Positions 18,787 to 28,608 of a stretch of DNA of 64,000 bases are shown here, one piece after another; position 1 is the stretch's first letter; the number at the start of each line of letters is the position of its first letter. The notes under the pieces were generated by a model, which saw only the letters and a list, made by a program, of their open reading frames with translations, was not told the DNA's origin and did not search any database. The stretch comes from Nannocystales bacterium. GTDB lineage: Bacteria; Myxococcota_A; Polyangia; Nannocystales; Nannocystaceae. The DNA lies in NCBI GenBank assembly GCA_050633305.1, contig JBOEGF010000036.1, forward strand, positions 64,001-128,000, in the 5' to 3' direction. The position numbers were made by a program, and so were the translations under genes.

Positions 18787-21763
18787 TCATCCACCTCGGG
18801 CATCAATGACGAACTCCACGTCTAGAAGGGTTTCACTACTCGGGGGCTCATAGCGCCGGGTCTGTGCTGAGGTTTGCCACCGCTCGTAGGCGTCGTCGTC
18901 TCTCGCCCGCAGTTTGGCGATCTTCGCCTCCACGTCCTCGGCAGCCGCGCCGTGACGGGCGACCGCCTCCTCGGCCTTGGTGCGCTGCGCTGCGCCGACC
19001 GCCGCGTCGAGCACTGCCTGCGCGTTGCGCAGTCGCTTGCTGGCATCCGTTCGCTGCCGCTCCAGCACCATGATCCGGTCCTCCACAAACCGCTCCAGTT
19101 GCTGCATTGCGCGGGTGTACTGGGCCTCCTCCTCGATGCTCACCTGCGCGTCGTCCGCGAACAGAGCCTCCTCAATGGGGTCGCCGATCTCATCGTCAGA
19201 GATTGGCGCCGTGGGCTCCGGCCCCTCGGCGAATGTGGACGCTGCAAGCAGCCTCGCGGCGTCCTGCGGCTCAAGGGCGCCCGCGTCCGGCAGCACAAAC
19301 AGCGGTAAGACCTGCTCGGCGGGTTCGAAGCCGTGGTAGTGCACCCTCACCACTACAAGTCGACCGCGGCGTCCGACGTGGAGGCGGAGAGCGTCGTTAT
19401 CGGCCAGATCCAGCACCAGGCGAATAGTGTTGAGCTGTGCGGCCCGGGCTCGCGCATCGGCCACCGCGGCCAGGACCAACGGGTGCTTGAGGTGCACAGG
19501 TTCCGCCCCCTTTCGGCCGACAGGGTTTCCGAGCACGACAGTTAACCCCTGCTGCAGCTGGTCGGGGAGGGCACCGGAAGGTTCTACGACCAGCTGGGAA
19601 CCCCCATCGAAAGCGTCGAGTCGGTACGTCACACCGAGCACATCCAGGTAGTCGCGGAGGACTTGCTCCACGGCCTCGTCGAACTCGGCCAGATCTGCAG
19701 GCAGGGACTCCTGGATGCCCCGAAACACGCGTCGCACGCTGTCGTCGAACTTCGACTCGATGAGCCCCGCGGTGCGGGCGTGCAGCGCCTCAAAATCGGA
19801 GCGCCGCGAGTCCATGGTCTTCCTCAGCTCTCGGAGCTCGGCCGCGATCTCGTCCACGGTGCGGGCGCGTTCGTAGATTCGTCGCAGCGTCGACTCGAAG
19901 TCAGCCGACAAGGCGCCCGCGAGGTTCTCAGTGGAAGTGTCTGCGGGGGTGTGCAGGACGGTGTCCGAGGCGTCGAGCACGGTTCCGAACAGCTCAAGCT
20001 TCTTGCTCAAAATCTCGAACGTCAGGCGCTGGGCCTCGTTGTCCCGAGCGAGGAAGTTGATAACGGTCACGTCACGCTCCTGGCCGTAGCGATGGCACCG
20101 GCCGATGCGCTGCTCGATGCGCTGGGGATTCCACGGCAGGTCGTAGTTGATGAGCGTGTCGCAGAACTGCAGGTTCAGCCCCTTGGCGCCGGCTTCGGTT
20201 GAAACGAACACCCGCGATCGAGTGCGGAACTCGTGCACGAGCGCCAGTCGCACGGCAATGTCGCGGCTGGGACGGCCCTGTCGCTTGCTGCCGATCTCTG
20301 CAATCCACCGGTCGAGGGCCTGCTGGGCCCGGGGCGTGTCGTTGGTTCCCCGAAACAGGGTGACCTCGTCATTTGCCACGACCTTGGACTCCAGGAGGAG
20401 GTCCCGAATGTAGTCCTGGGTCGCAAGTGACTCCGTAAAGATGACAAGCTTCCCGGTGCTCTCGCCTTCCTCCTCTCGCTCCATAGCCAGGCGAATGGCG
20501 TGGACGAGCGCGCGGGCCTTGCCGTCGAGTTTGAGCGCGCTGGCGCGCTTAGAGGAACCCCTGCACCAGCTGCAGCTCGGCCTCGATGGCGTCGCCGGCT
20601 GGCGGCCCAGACTCGTCGATGTCGTCCTCGGAAGAGTAGTCGGATTCTTCCAGGTCTTCGTTGAACGCGGTCAGGGTCTCGTCGTCGTCGCCCGAGGGGA
20701 TGTCGCCGCCGGCCAGCATCTTGCGCAGACGCTCGGCCACGCGGTCCAGGCTGGCGGCGAGGGCCCGGTGCGACGAAGCCATGCGGCGGTGAAAACCGAT
20801 CAGTAGAAGGCGTCGTTGGCTCCCGCGGAAGGCGGCCAGATTCGGGCGCAGGAGATAGTCTGTGACGTCCTCGTACAGCTGTTTCTCCTCGGGACTCATG
20901 TCGTACTCGAACAGCCTCGTGCGGCGGCCCACGAACGGGCGAGTCATGAACTCCTGGGCCTGCCGGCGCAGCGTTCGCTTGACCACCGCACTCATGCGGC
21001 GTTTCAGCTCATCCTCCTGCCCCTTGACCAGTTGCCGGTCGTCACCGTCACAGAACACCTGCCGGAAGGTTCGCAAGTCGCCCAGTAGCGTGCCGCCGCG
21101 ATCTACGTACTGCACCAGGCCCCACAGCTCGGTCAGGGAGTTCTGGATCGGCGTGGCCGTAAGCAGCAAGACCGGGGTCTGCGTCCTCTGCAGGAGCTCG
21201 CGTAGGCTTCCCGCGGTCTTGGCGTGTTCGGACGCGGAGTCGTAGTTCCCGTACTTGTCGTACCGGCGGTAGATCCCAGCGAACACCTCGTGGGCCTCGT
21301 CAACGACGCACAGGTCAAAGGGCGCGGTCTGGTTCAGGGCACCGGACCCCGCCGCCGTCCCCACGAACTCCCGGCCAACGAGGAATACGCCGTCCCCGTC
21401 GAGGGCCTTGGGGTTGGCGCTACCCTCGGTGGTCTCAATAGCGAAGAGATCGAACAACTCGTTGCGCCACTGCCCAAGCAGGGGCTTGGGAGCGATGAGC
21501 AAGATCCGCCGGGCTCCCTCGGCCAAGAGCTGCGCCATGACCACGCCGGCCTCGATGGTTTTGCCCAGGCCAACCTCGTCGGCGAGGATGCAGCCCCCCT
21601 CGCGGACTCGACCCAAGGCAAACATGACAGCGTCGATCTGATGCGGGTTGGGATCGATGCGCCCGCAGCGTTGGGATGCTACGTAGCGCCGTCGCTCTCC
21701 GGAGCGCCGCTGGCGGACGAGGTCCTCTGCCTGCAGCAGGCGGCGTAGGGGGTGAGCGGACAT
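18787..21763 (-). pseudogene. SNF2-family helicase split by one extra base at about 20551 (ORFs 20549-21763 and 18787-20484; 991 aa if joined)
   Basis: N-half LADEVGLGKT, DEAH, LTATP; C-half VIFTES, STEAGAKGLNLQ, YDLPWNPQRIEQRIGRCHRYGQ; deleting one T from CTC-T-AAG gives a continuous frame ...GFLKRASALKLDGKARAL... Confidence 0.88.
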
Positions 21764-22434
21764 GGTCGGGCGGGGATGCTAGCAGCTGATCAAGTTCTGC
21801 TCGGCACGCATCGGAGGCGATGGGGAGCAGCCTCCCCGCAAGGGCGAGAGCGAGGTGGGCGAGGGGACGCGGTCGTGGGGAAAGCCGGTCGGCCTCGTTG
21901 ACCGGCTGGTGGCCAAAGCTCGGAAACGAGGGCGACATTACAGGTCGAACTCGACGACTTCTCTGATGTGTGCGTCGCGAGGCTGGGCTGCCAGGGCGAG
22001 GTGTTGAAACGTCGGCATGCCGGCGCCATTGCATGGGTTGATGCGCTTCGCTCCGAGGTCTCGTTTCCTTGGGTCGCGGGGGATGTCGAGGCTGACATGG
22101 GGGCTGAGCAGGACGAAGGTGACGGACAGACGCAGATTCGGATATTCGGGCCCAGGCTGGGTAAATCCCGGTCGCCGGAGCTTCACCGTCTGGCCTGCCG
22201 CGAGGTAGCCTCCGAGCGCCGGCGTTCCGAAAGCCGAGCGCCCGGCGACGCTCGTGTCTACGCAGGGCACGGCGAGCGTATGTGGACAGTTGAGTAGCAG
22301 ACTACTTGCCGGTGAAGACGGAGCGCGACGGTATGACGCTCGGGGACTTTCAACAGAGGCTGCCGGGACGCGGACGGTAGACTGCTCCCTGTGCTCACCC
22401 AGATGTGCTCGAGGCGGCCAGCCTGTGTTGCCCT

Positions 22435-23148
22435 TCAGCCGGCATTCTCGTCCCGCAGGTGGCCCTCGATGTTGTCAACCGCGGCCCGCACCTGAGCGGC
22501 ACTCTCCTTTCCAACGACCTCGATTCGCACGAGGATGCCGGTGCCGCGGGGCTCCACGCTTGCCTCGACGCCAGTGGGAACCAGCGGGCAGGATTCCATA
22601 CCTGCGGGCTCCTGTCCCACGACGGCGTTTCTCGCGATGTGGCAGTCGAGGAGTCTCTGCATCGCCTGGGCGTCCAGGCCTGGGACTCTGGAAAACTCAA
22701 CTTCGTAGGTGCCCGAAGCTCTTTCTTCCGAGACGCGTTCGACCCGGGAGATGTCGCCGACATGCAGAAACGGGCTGACATCGCGGTCTCGTTGGGGGAT
22801 GCCGACGCAACTGCGCTCCTCCGCTTTCCGCAGAGCTTCAGAGGCTTTCCGGTGCTGCTCTGCAATGACCCGGTGCTTTTTCGCCTCCTTGGCGTGCTCG
22901 CTGCTTGGGTTGGACCACGTGTCGAAACAGTAAGTGGAACACCCTCCTGACCCGGTGGACCAGCCTTCCTCTCGGAACTGTTTCTGGTGCGCTTCGGCTT
23001 CGCGGTCTTCCCCTTGTGCGGCTTGTTCATGGGCTGCTGCACTCATCTCGTTCGGATGTGTGCCCGTCGCGGCGCACCCCGCGAGGAGGGCCGCTGTGGC
23101 GACCGTGACCCGGAAGCCTATGCGCTTGGTTCGTGATTCCCTCTGCAT
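22435..23148 (-). CDS. His/Cys-rich lipoprotein (paralog of 24911-25594)
   Basis: GAGGA RBS; lipobox LLAGC; DRDVSPFLH, DCHIARNA, CPLVP. Confidence 0.75.
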   Translation of the reverse strand: MQRESRTKRIGFRVTVATAALLAGCAATGTHPNEMSAAAHEQAAQGEDREAEAHQKQFREEGWSTGSGGCSTYCFDTWSNPSSEHAKEAKKHRVIAEQHRKASEALRKAEERSCVGIPQRDRDVSPFLHVGDISRVERVSEERASGTYEVEFSRVPGLDAQAMQRLLDCHIARNAVVGQEPAGMESCPLVPTGVEASVEPRGTGILVRIEVVGKESAAQVRAAVDNIEGHLRDENAG

Positions 23149-23269
23149 TTTTTCGTCCTCAGTGTTCATCAATGGCCACCTGTGGATTCTCGATCGGGGT
23201 TTCGGCAGGTGCTCTCCGGCCTCAGGTTCCTCTTGGTCTCCAGGATTTCCTCGAGACAGTCGGCTTCGG

Positions 23270-23737
23270 TCATGGGCTTTCCCCGGTCGGCGGTCGGCAC
23301 CCACGAGTTCCAGAGAATACTCCGTCTTCGCTTGCTGCGAACCCGACCGTCCTGCTGCCGCCGTCCCCTTGGTCGTGGACCCTGGCCCCGCCAGTTTTTT
23401 CATGGCTACGCACATCGCAGCTGAGCGCGCTCTGTCCGCCGGAGAAGGTCATCGTCATCGTCATCGTCGGCCTTTCGGTCATCGAGACGTTGACCTCGGC
23501 GAAGCTGCCGGGCTCGACGTCCAAGAAGCGAGACGATGGCACGGTGGCGGAAGCGGGGGCCGCCGAGCCACACGCGCCTTCGGCGTGACTTCCACACGCG
23601 TGCTCCCCTGCGACCGCTGAGGCTGGGATTGAGCCTGCGGGGGGAACTTCGGTCGCCGAATCCGCCTCCGGGCAGCCCGTCGCGAGACTGCCCGCGGTGA
23701 GCGTCGCGAAGGCACGGGTGAGCTTCGATGTCTTCAT
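23270..23737 (-). CDS. Lipoprotein with two ExACG motifs (GEHACGSHAEGACG) and a beta-rich domain; C-terminus possibly truncated
   Basis: Signal MKTSKLTRAF...SLATGC; repeated xACG motif; ATGACG tandem encoding MTMTMT. Confidence 0.6.
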   Translation of the reverse strand: MKTSKLTRAFATLTAGSLATGCPEADSATEVPPAGSIPASAVAGEHACGSHAEGACGSAAPASATVPSSRFLDVEPGSFAEVNVSMTERPTMTMTMTFSGGQSALSCDVRSHEKTGGARVHDQGDGGSRTVGFAASEDGVFSGTRGCRPPTGESP

Positions 23738-23831
23738 GGGGGTCTTCGGCTGGAGCGGAAAGCGGCGGAGTGTGAAGGTCTCCTGGTTCGCGCTGCGCAC
23801 TGGTTCTGGGCACGCTCGTGTCTGACCGGCA

Positions 23832-24674
23832 TCACGGAAGCGACTGTGCGAAGGCGCCGAGGGCACCAATGTCCTCGTGCGACGCTCCTCCTTTTTGGAA
23901 GCCGTGCATCGGGGACCCTGGGTGGCCGAATCGTGCCTTGTGGTGGAACTCCCAGGGATTCTCGCGCGCGACAGATCCTATTGTTTCGAGGTGCTCGGGT
24001 TCGAGCTCTTCTTCGGGCTCTTCGCTCTCCTCGGCATCGTCCTCGTGCCCGTCGTCAACGTGAGGCATTGTCTGTCCGCTGCCACCGTGGCAGCTGGCGC
24101 ACGACGGTTCAGAACCGATTCCGTCGGCGAAGAGCGCCTCGCCTGGTGGCGGAGCGGGCACGAAGCTGCCCGAGTCGTCGATGATATCGCTGGTCGACAC
24201 CGCGCCTTCGAGGCAGAACCTCACCAAGTCCCAGAGCTCGCGGTCGCTCAGGAAACGTCCGTACGCGTGGCCCGCCGGATTCTCACCAGGCTCCTCACTC
24301 AACAAGTCGAACAGCCCAAGGGGGGAGAGTTGCGTTCGAAGAATTCCCGGAAATCCAGTTCGGTGGTTCCCCGTCCCGTACTGACCATCGACGCCAAGGT
24401 AGTCCCAACCGTGGCACTCCTTGCAGCGCCAGGTCTCGGTTCCACCGACCCCGCTACTGGAAGTGTCTGGCCGCGCCGCCCATAAGGGATGATCCCCAGT
24501 GAAGTCCTCGGAGGGAGTCTCGGCCCAGATGCGATCGTACAGCCGGCCCCCCTCGTGAAGGTCCGCGGAGTCGTAGGCATCGACAGGATCCTCGGTTTCT
24601 GCACACCCCGACGAACACGCGAGGGGAAGCAAGAGACAGAACACGGCGATGTTGTTGGAGCTGGACAGTCGCAT
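23832..24674 (-). CDS. Diheme c-type cytochrome lipoprotein
   Basis: CKECH and CASCH; GGRLYD...WRCKECHGWDY; N-terminal signal with Cys; His/acidic insert. Confidence 0.85.
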   Translation of the reverse strand: MRLSSSNNIAVFCLLLPLACSSGCAETEDPVDAYDSADLHEGGRLYDRIWAETPSEDFTGDHPLWAARPDTSSSGVGGTETWRCKECHGWDYLGVDGQYGTGNHRTGFPGILRTQLSPLGLFDLLSEEPGENPAGHAYGRFLSDRELWDLVRFCLEGAVSTSDIIDDSGSFVPAPPPGEALFADGIGSEPSCASCHGGSGQTMPHVDDGHEDDAEESEEPEEELEPEHLETIGSVARENPWEFHHKARFGHPGSPMHGFQKGGASHEDIGALGAFAQSLP

Positions 24675-24910
24675 CGAACCACCACTGTTTCGGTAGCACC
24701 GGGGCCGAACGTACGGAGCGAAACTACTGCTGTCGGTCGAGGAAAGCGTGTGGCCGGCCGGGATACGGACCGGCGGTGCTGGTCTCGCGACGTCGCTGTC
24801 GATGCTGTTGTCGGCCGCGAACGAGCGGTAACCGCCTGAGTCACAGAAGCCGACGGAGTCCCGCAACACCTGCCGCGCTCAGGTCGGCTTCGCTGGGCAC
24901 TGTGTAGGTC

Positions 24911-25594
24911 ATGCGACGCGTGCGAGTGCTGCTCTGTGGTGCCCTGGTGATGACTACGGCGTGCGCTGGAGGCATGCCTGCGTCGCAAAAGAGCGTTCCT
25001 GAACACGAGGCCGCAGCCAAGGCCAACGCGGAAATTGCGGTTGCCCATGACCGGGCCGAACAAGAGGCGCCGCCTTGCGCGGACATGAACGACATCTACG
25101 AGATCTGTTGGACTCGGTCGGACACGGCCCAGGAACACCGTTTTCAGGCCCAGCAGCACCGCCGTCGTGCTGCGGAGCATAGAGCTGCGTCCGAGGCGCT
25201 CCGGACAGCGGAGTCCGAGGCCTGCGCCGGAGTCAGTGCGGTCGATCGAGACATCAGCCCGTTCCTTCATTCGGGGGACATCGTGGGCGCCGAATTGCTC
25301 GACCCAGCAGACACCGAGAGCCGGGAGACCACCCCCGTCGTTCGCGTCACCTTTCGGCCGGTCCCCGGTCTCGATGAGGGGACGCTGAAACGTCTCATCG
25401 GGTGCCACCTCGCCCGGAACGCCTCGCTTGGTCACGAAGTTCCGGAGATGGAATTTTGCCCTCTGGTCCCTCCCGGAGTGGAAGCGAGCGTCGGCAAGGC
25501 CGATGACAATTTGTTCGTGATCATCGCCGCCCACGAATCCACGTTCGATGAGGTCCGGCGTCGCGCTCTGACCCTGGTGGAGCGAGCTCAGTGA
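24911..25594 (+). CDS. His/Cys-rich lipoprotein (paralog of 22435-23148)
   Basis: Signal ending TTAC; DRDISPFLH, GCHLARNA, CPLVPPGVEASV. Confidence 0.8.
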   Translation: MRRVRVLLCGALVMTTACAGGMPASQKSVPEHEAAAKANAEIAVAHDRAEQEAPPCADMNDIYEICWTRSDTAQEHRFQAQQHRRRAAEHRAASEALRTAESEACAGVSAVDRDISPFLHSGDIVGAELLDPADTESRETTPVVRVTFRPVPGLDEGTLKRLIGCHLARNASLGHEVPEMEFCPLVPPGVEASVGKADDNLFVIIAAHESTFDEVRRRALTLVERAQ

Positions 25595-25663
25595 CGCAGT
25601 GCGCGGGGTCTGCCCCCGGTTCGGTCTGGGACGAGCTGGGGCTCGGGAGACAGGTGTTGGGTT

Positions 25664-27181
25664 TTGGGTGATTCTTCTGTTGTGGAGCTTGCGACGAAGA
25701 GGCGACCTGTGGAGCGGCCATCACGACTTATTGGACGTCAGCTCGTTCTTGGGTTTGGTCTGATCGCCGTGATCGCTGCAGCCATGTGCGTGATGCTGCT
25801 GGGCACGATTCGGCAGGTTGGCGACGTGGTGGCGCAGATGCGGCGGGACGAAGCCGCCATTCGAGGGGGGCTCCGGCTCTCTACGGGTGCGCGGGAGCAG
25901 TACATCCACATTGCCCACTCTCTGATCGAAGGCGACGGGAGCCACCTGGAGCACTATGAGGGCGGGCGGCTACAAGTGGTGGCGGATGCGCGAGCACAGT
26001 CGGAGGGAGCTCCCGAACAGCTGCAGCGACGACTTCAGTCGGTCATCGACCTCGGTTCGGAGATGGACAGAATTTTTAGGGACGTTCTGCTTCCCGCCGC
26101 CGAAGAGGGGCGCCTCGACGAGGTCCAAGGAGAGCACCGCAGAGTCGAGGAGATCTCGCGCGACGCCGCAACACAGGCCGACGCAGTGGCGCTCGCAGCG
26201 GAGCGACGGATGGCCGACGCCCACGACGAAGCCAGACTCGCAGGCCAGCGAGGTATGGCGATGGGAGGGGCATGTATCGCCGCGGTGCTCCTCGTCGCGG
26301 CCGCGTCCACCATTCGGCTACGTGCCGCTGTGCTGCAGCCTCTTGCCGCGCTTTCCCGTGCCGCAAGCCTCTTCGGCCGAGGGGATTTCAAGCACCGCGT
26401 TGGAGACGTCGGAACCGGGGAACTCGCGGAGCTTGCCCGTGCCTTCGACACCATGGCGGAGGAACTCGCGGCGCGCGAGCAGAAGCTACTCTCCAAGGAG
26501 AGGATGGCGGCGATCGGCCAGCTGGCGGCCGGTGTCGCTCACGAGATCAACAACCCGATCGGGATCATCCGTGGCTACATCAAGACGATGCTTCCCGAGA
26601 CGAATGATCCGCAACTTCGAGAAGAGTTGGAGGTTCTCGACGAAGAAGCTGCGGCGTGTCAGAGGCTGACCGGAGACCTTCTGGCCTCCGCGGAACGGCC
26701 CCGCCTCGAGCTCCGACTCTTCGAGATGCGGGAGTTCCTCGAGGATGCCTCGGTTCGCGTGGCCGAGGGCATGCCGTCGGGGGAGCACTCGGTGATTGTT
26801 CAAGCGAAGAGGGGGGAACTCATGGCCGACCCCTCGCGTTTGCGGCAGGTTCTTGCAAACCTTGTGGTGAACGCGGCACAGGCCTCGCCCGCGGGCGCGT
26901 CGATTCACGTGTCCGGAGGGCCTACGGATGCAGGCGGATACGAGTTTTCGGTGATCGACTCGGGCCCGGGCGTCGCCGCTGACGACCGCAAACAGATCTT
27001 CGAGCCGTTCGTCTCGAAGCGCCGAGGCGGTTCGGGGCTGGGACTGGCTGTCAGTCGAAGCATCGTCCTGGCCCACGGAGGATCGATCGAGGTCGAGCCC
27101 GCTGCGGAAGGCGGCGCGTGCTTTCGCGTCGTCCTCCCTGCCCATCGGACCCGCTCCAACCAAGAGGAAGACCGAGCATGA
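25664..27181 (+). CDS. Membrane HAMP-domain sensor histidine kinase
   Basis: Two TM helices, HAMP domain, H-box AHEINNP, NLVVNA, DSGPG, GSGLGL; true start may be GTG at 25709. Confidence 0.92.
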   Translation: MGDSSVVELATKRRPVERPSRLIGRQLVLGFGLIAVIAAAMCVMLLGTIRQVGDVVAQMRRDEAAIRGGLRLSTGAREQYIHIAHSLIEGDGSHLEHYEGGRLQVVADARAQSEGAPEQLQRRLQSVIDLGSEMDRIFRDVLLPAAEEGRLDEVQGEHRRVEEISRDAATQADAVALAAERRMADAHDEARLAGQRGMAMGGACIAAVLLVAAASTIRLRAAVLQPLAALSRAASLFGRGDFKHRVGDVGTGELAELARAFDTMAEELAAREQKLLSKERMAAIGQLAAGVAHEINNPIGIIRGYIKTMLPETNDPQLREELEVLDEEAAACQRLTGDLLASAERPRLELRLFEMREFLEDASVRVAEGMPSGEHSVIVQAKRGELMADPSRLRQVLANLVVNAAQASPAGASIHVSGGPTDAGGYEFSVIDSGPGVAADDRKQIFEPFVSKRRGGSGLGLAVSRSIVLAHGGSIEVEPAAEGGACFRVVLPAHRTRSNQEEDRA

Positions 27182-28530
27182 GCGAACAAAGACACTCCGT
27201 CCTCGTCGTCGACGACAAGCCGAACATGCTGCGACTGATGACCAAGGTCCTTGGTGGTGTCGCGCAAGTCCACACGGCGGACAATGGGAATGATGCGATG
27301 GCGCTCCTCGACCGCGAAGTGGTCGATGTCGTCCTGTGCGACCTCAGGATGCCCGACCTCACGGGACTCGAAATGCTGCGGTTTTGCAAAGCGCGGCAGC
27401 CCCGTGCGCGGTTCATTTTGATGACCGCCTACGCAAGCGTGGAGACGGCAGTCACGGCGCTCAAGGATGGCGCATACGACTACTTGACGAAGCCCTTCGA
27501 CCCTGACGAAGCGAAGACTACGGTGCTGCGAGCACTGCACAGCGTCCGGCCAAGGCCTGCTGTCGCGGAGGGCGACGAGGTGCTCCCTGGGGTCCATGCG
27601 CGCTCCTACGTGATGAGAGAACTCGCCGCGGTGGTTCAGCAGATCGGACCGACGAGCCTCAGTATCCTCATCGGCGGAGAGTCAGGCGCGGGCAAGAGGC
27701 GGCTCGCCCACGCAGTCCATCGCCTCTCTGCGTTTCGCGACCACTCCTTCCACCGCTTGGATTGCGCCTCGCTTCCGCCTGGAGGAGTGCAAGAGGCGCT
27801 CGCGCGGCTCGGCCGCTCGGGACCCGAGTCTCCGTCCGTCTCGTTCGTGTCCGGGACTCTCCTCGTCGACGAAGTGGATGCGCTGGGAGCTGCCGACCAA
27901 GCGGCCTTGGAGCATGCGCTCGAGCGCATGCGCGGGACCTCGCTGCCTGTGAGTCCCGGTGTTCGACTGGTCACCACGACGCGGCGCAACCTGGATGCGA
28001 TGGTGGCTGACGGGGCCTTTCGGCGCGACTTGTTCCTCCAAATCCGGGTTGCGTCGCTCGCGGTCCCTCCTTTGAGGAAGCGATCCGAGGACATTCCGGT
28101 TCTCGCCGCGAGCCTGTTGCGCGCAGCGGAGTCCGAGACAGCCGGCCTGCGCGGGTTCACGGCCGGCGCCATGGAGCGCCTCTGCGCGGCGGCCTGGCCT
28201 GGCAACGTTCGCGAGCTTCGGTCGGTGATCGAGCATGCGGTGGCCCACGCAGGCCCCGACAGCATCGGACTGGAGGCACTCCCAGAGTGGATCCAAGGCG
28301 AGGCCGCGTTCGAAACGCCGTGGGAAACGCTGACCTGGTCAGACGCCCTGGCGCGCGGACGCGCGGACGTGGCGCGCCGGTATCTCATCGCCCTGCTCGA
28401 GCGTTTCGGGGGCGACGTCGTGGCCGCCGCTGCGCAAGCTTCGGTGGAGAGGGAGAGCTTTTATCGCCTCTTGCGCCGACATGGCATCCAGCCCGAGGGC
28501 TTCCGGAGCGCGGACCAGGACGAGGAGTAA
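27178..28530 (+). CDS. NtrC-like response regulator (receiver-AAA+-HTH) with degenerate sigma54-interaction loop
   Basis: VVDD, DLRMP, KPF receiver; GESGAGK; LVDEV; WPGNVREL; C-terminal HTH; no GAFTGA. Confidence 0.9.
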   Translation: MSEQRHSVLVVDDKPNMLRLMTKVLGGVAQVHTADNGNDAMALLDREVVDVVLCDLRMPDLTGLEMLRFCKARQPRARFILMTAYASVETAVTALKDGAYDYLTKPFDPDEAKTTVLRALHSVRPRPAVAEGDEVLPGVHARSYVMRELAAVVQQIGPTSLSILIGGESGAGKRRLAHAVHRLSAFRDHSFHRLDCASLPPGGVQEALARLGRSGPESPSVSFVSGTLLVDEVDALGAADQAALEHALERMRGTSLPVSPGVRLVTTTRRNLDAMVADGAFRRDLFLQIRVASLAVPPLRKRSEDIPVLAASLLRAAESETAGLRGFTAGAMERLCAAAWPGNVRELRSVIEHAVAHAGPDSIGLEALPEWIQGEAAFETPWETLTWSDALARGRADVARRYLIALLERFGGDVVAAAAQASVERESFYRLLRRHGIQPEGFRSADQDEE

Positions 28531-28608
28531 CCTCCCCGGTCTCACTGTCTTGGGAGGGCCCGCAGATGTTTCAGCCCGCGGATCGGGTGTCGCTGGCATG
28601 CATGTCTC

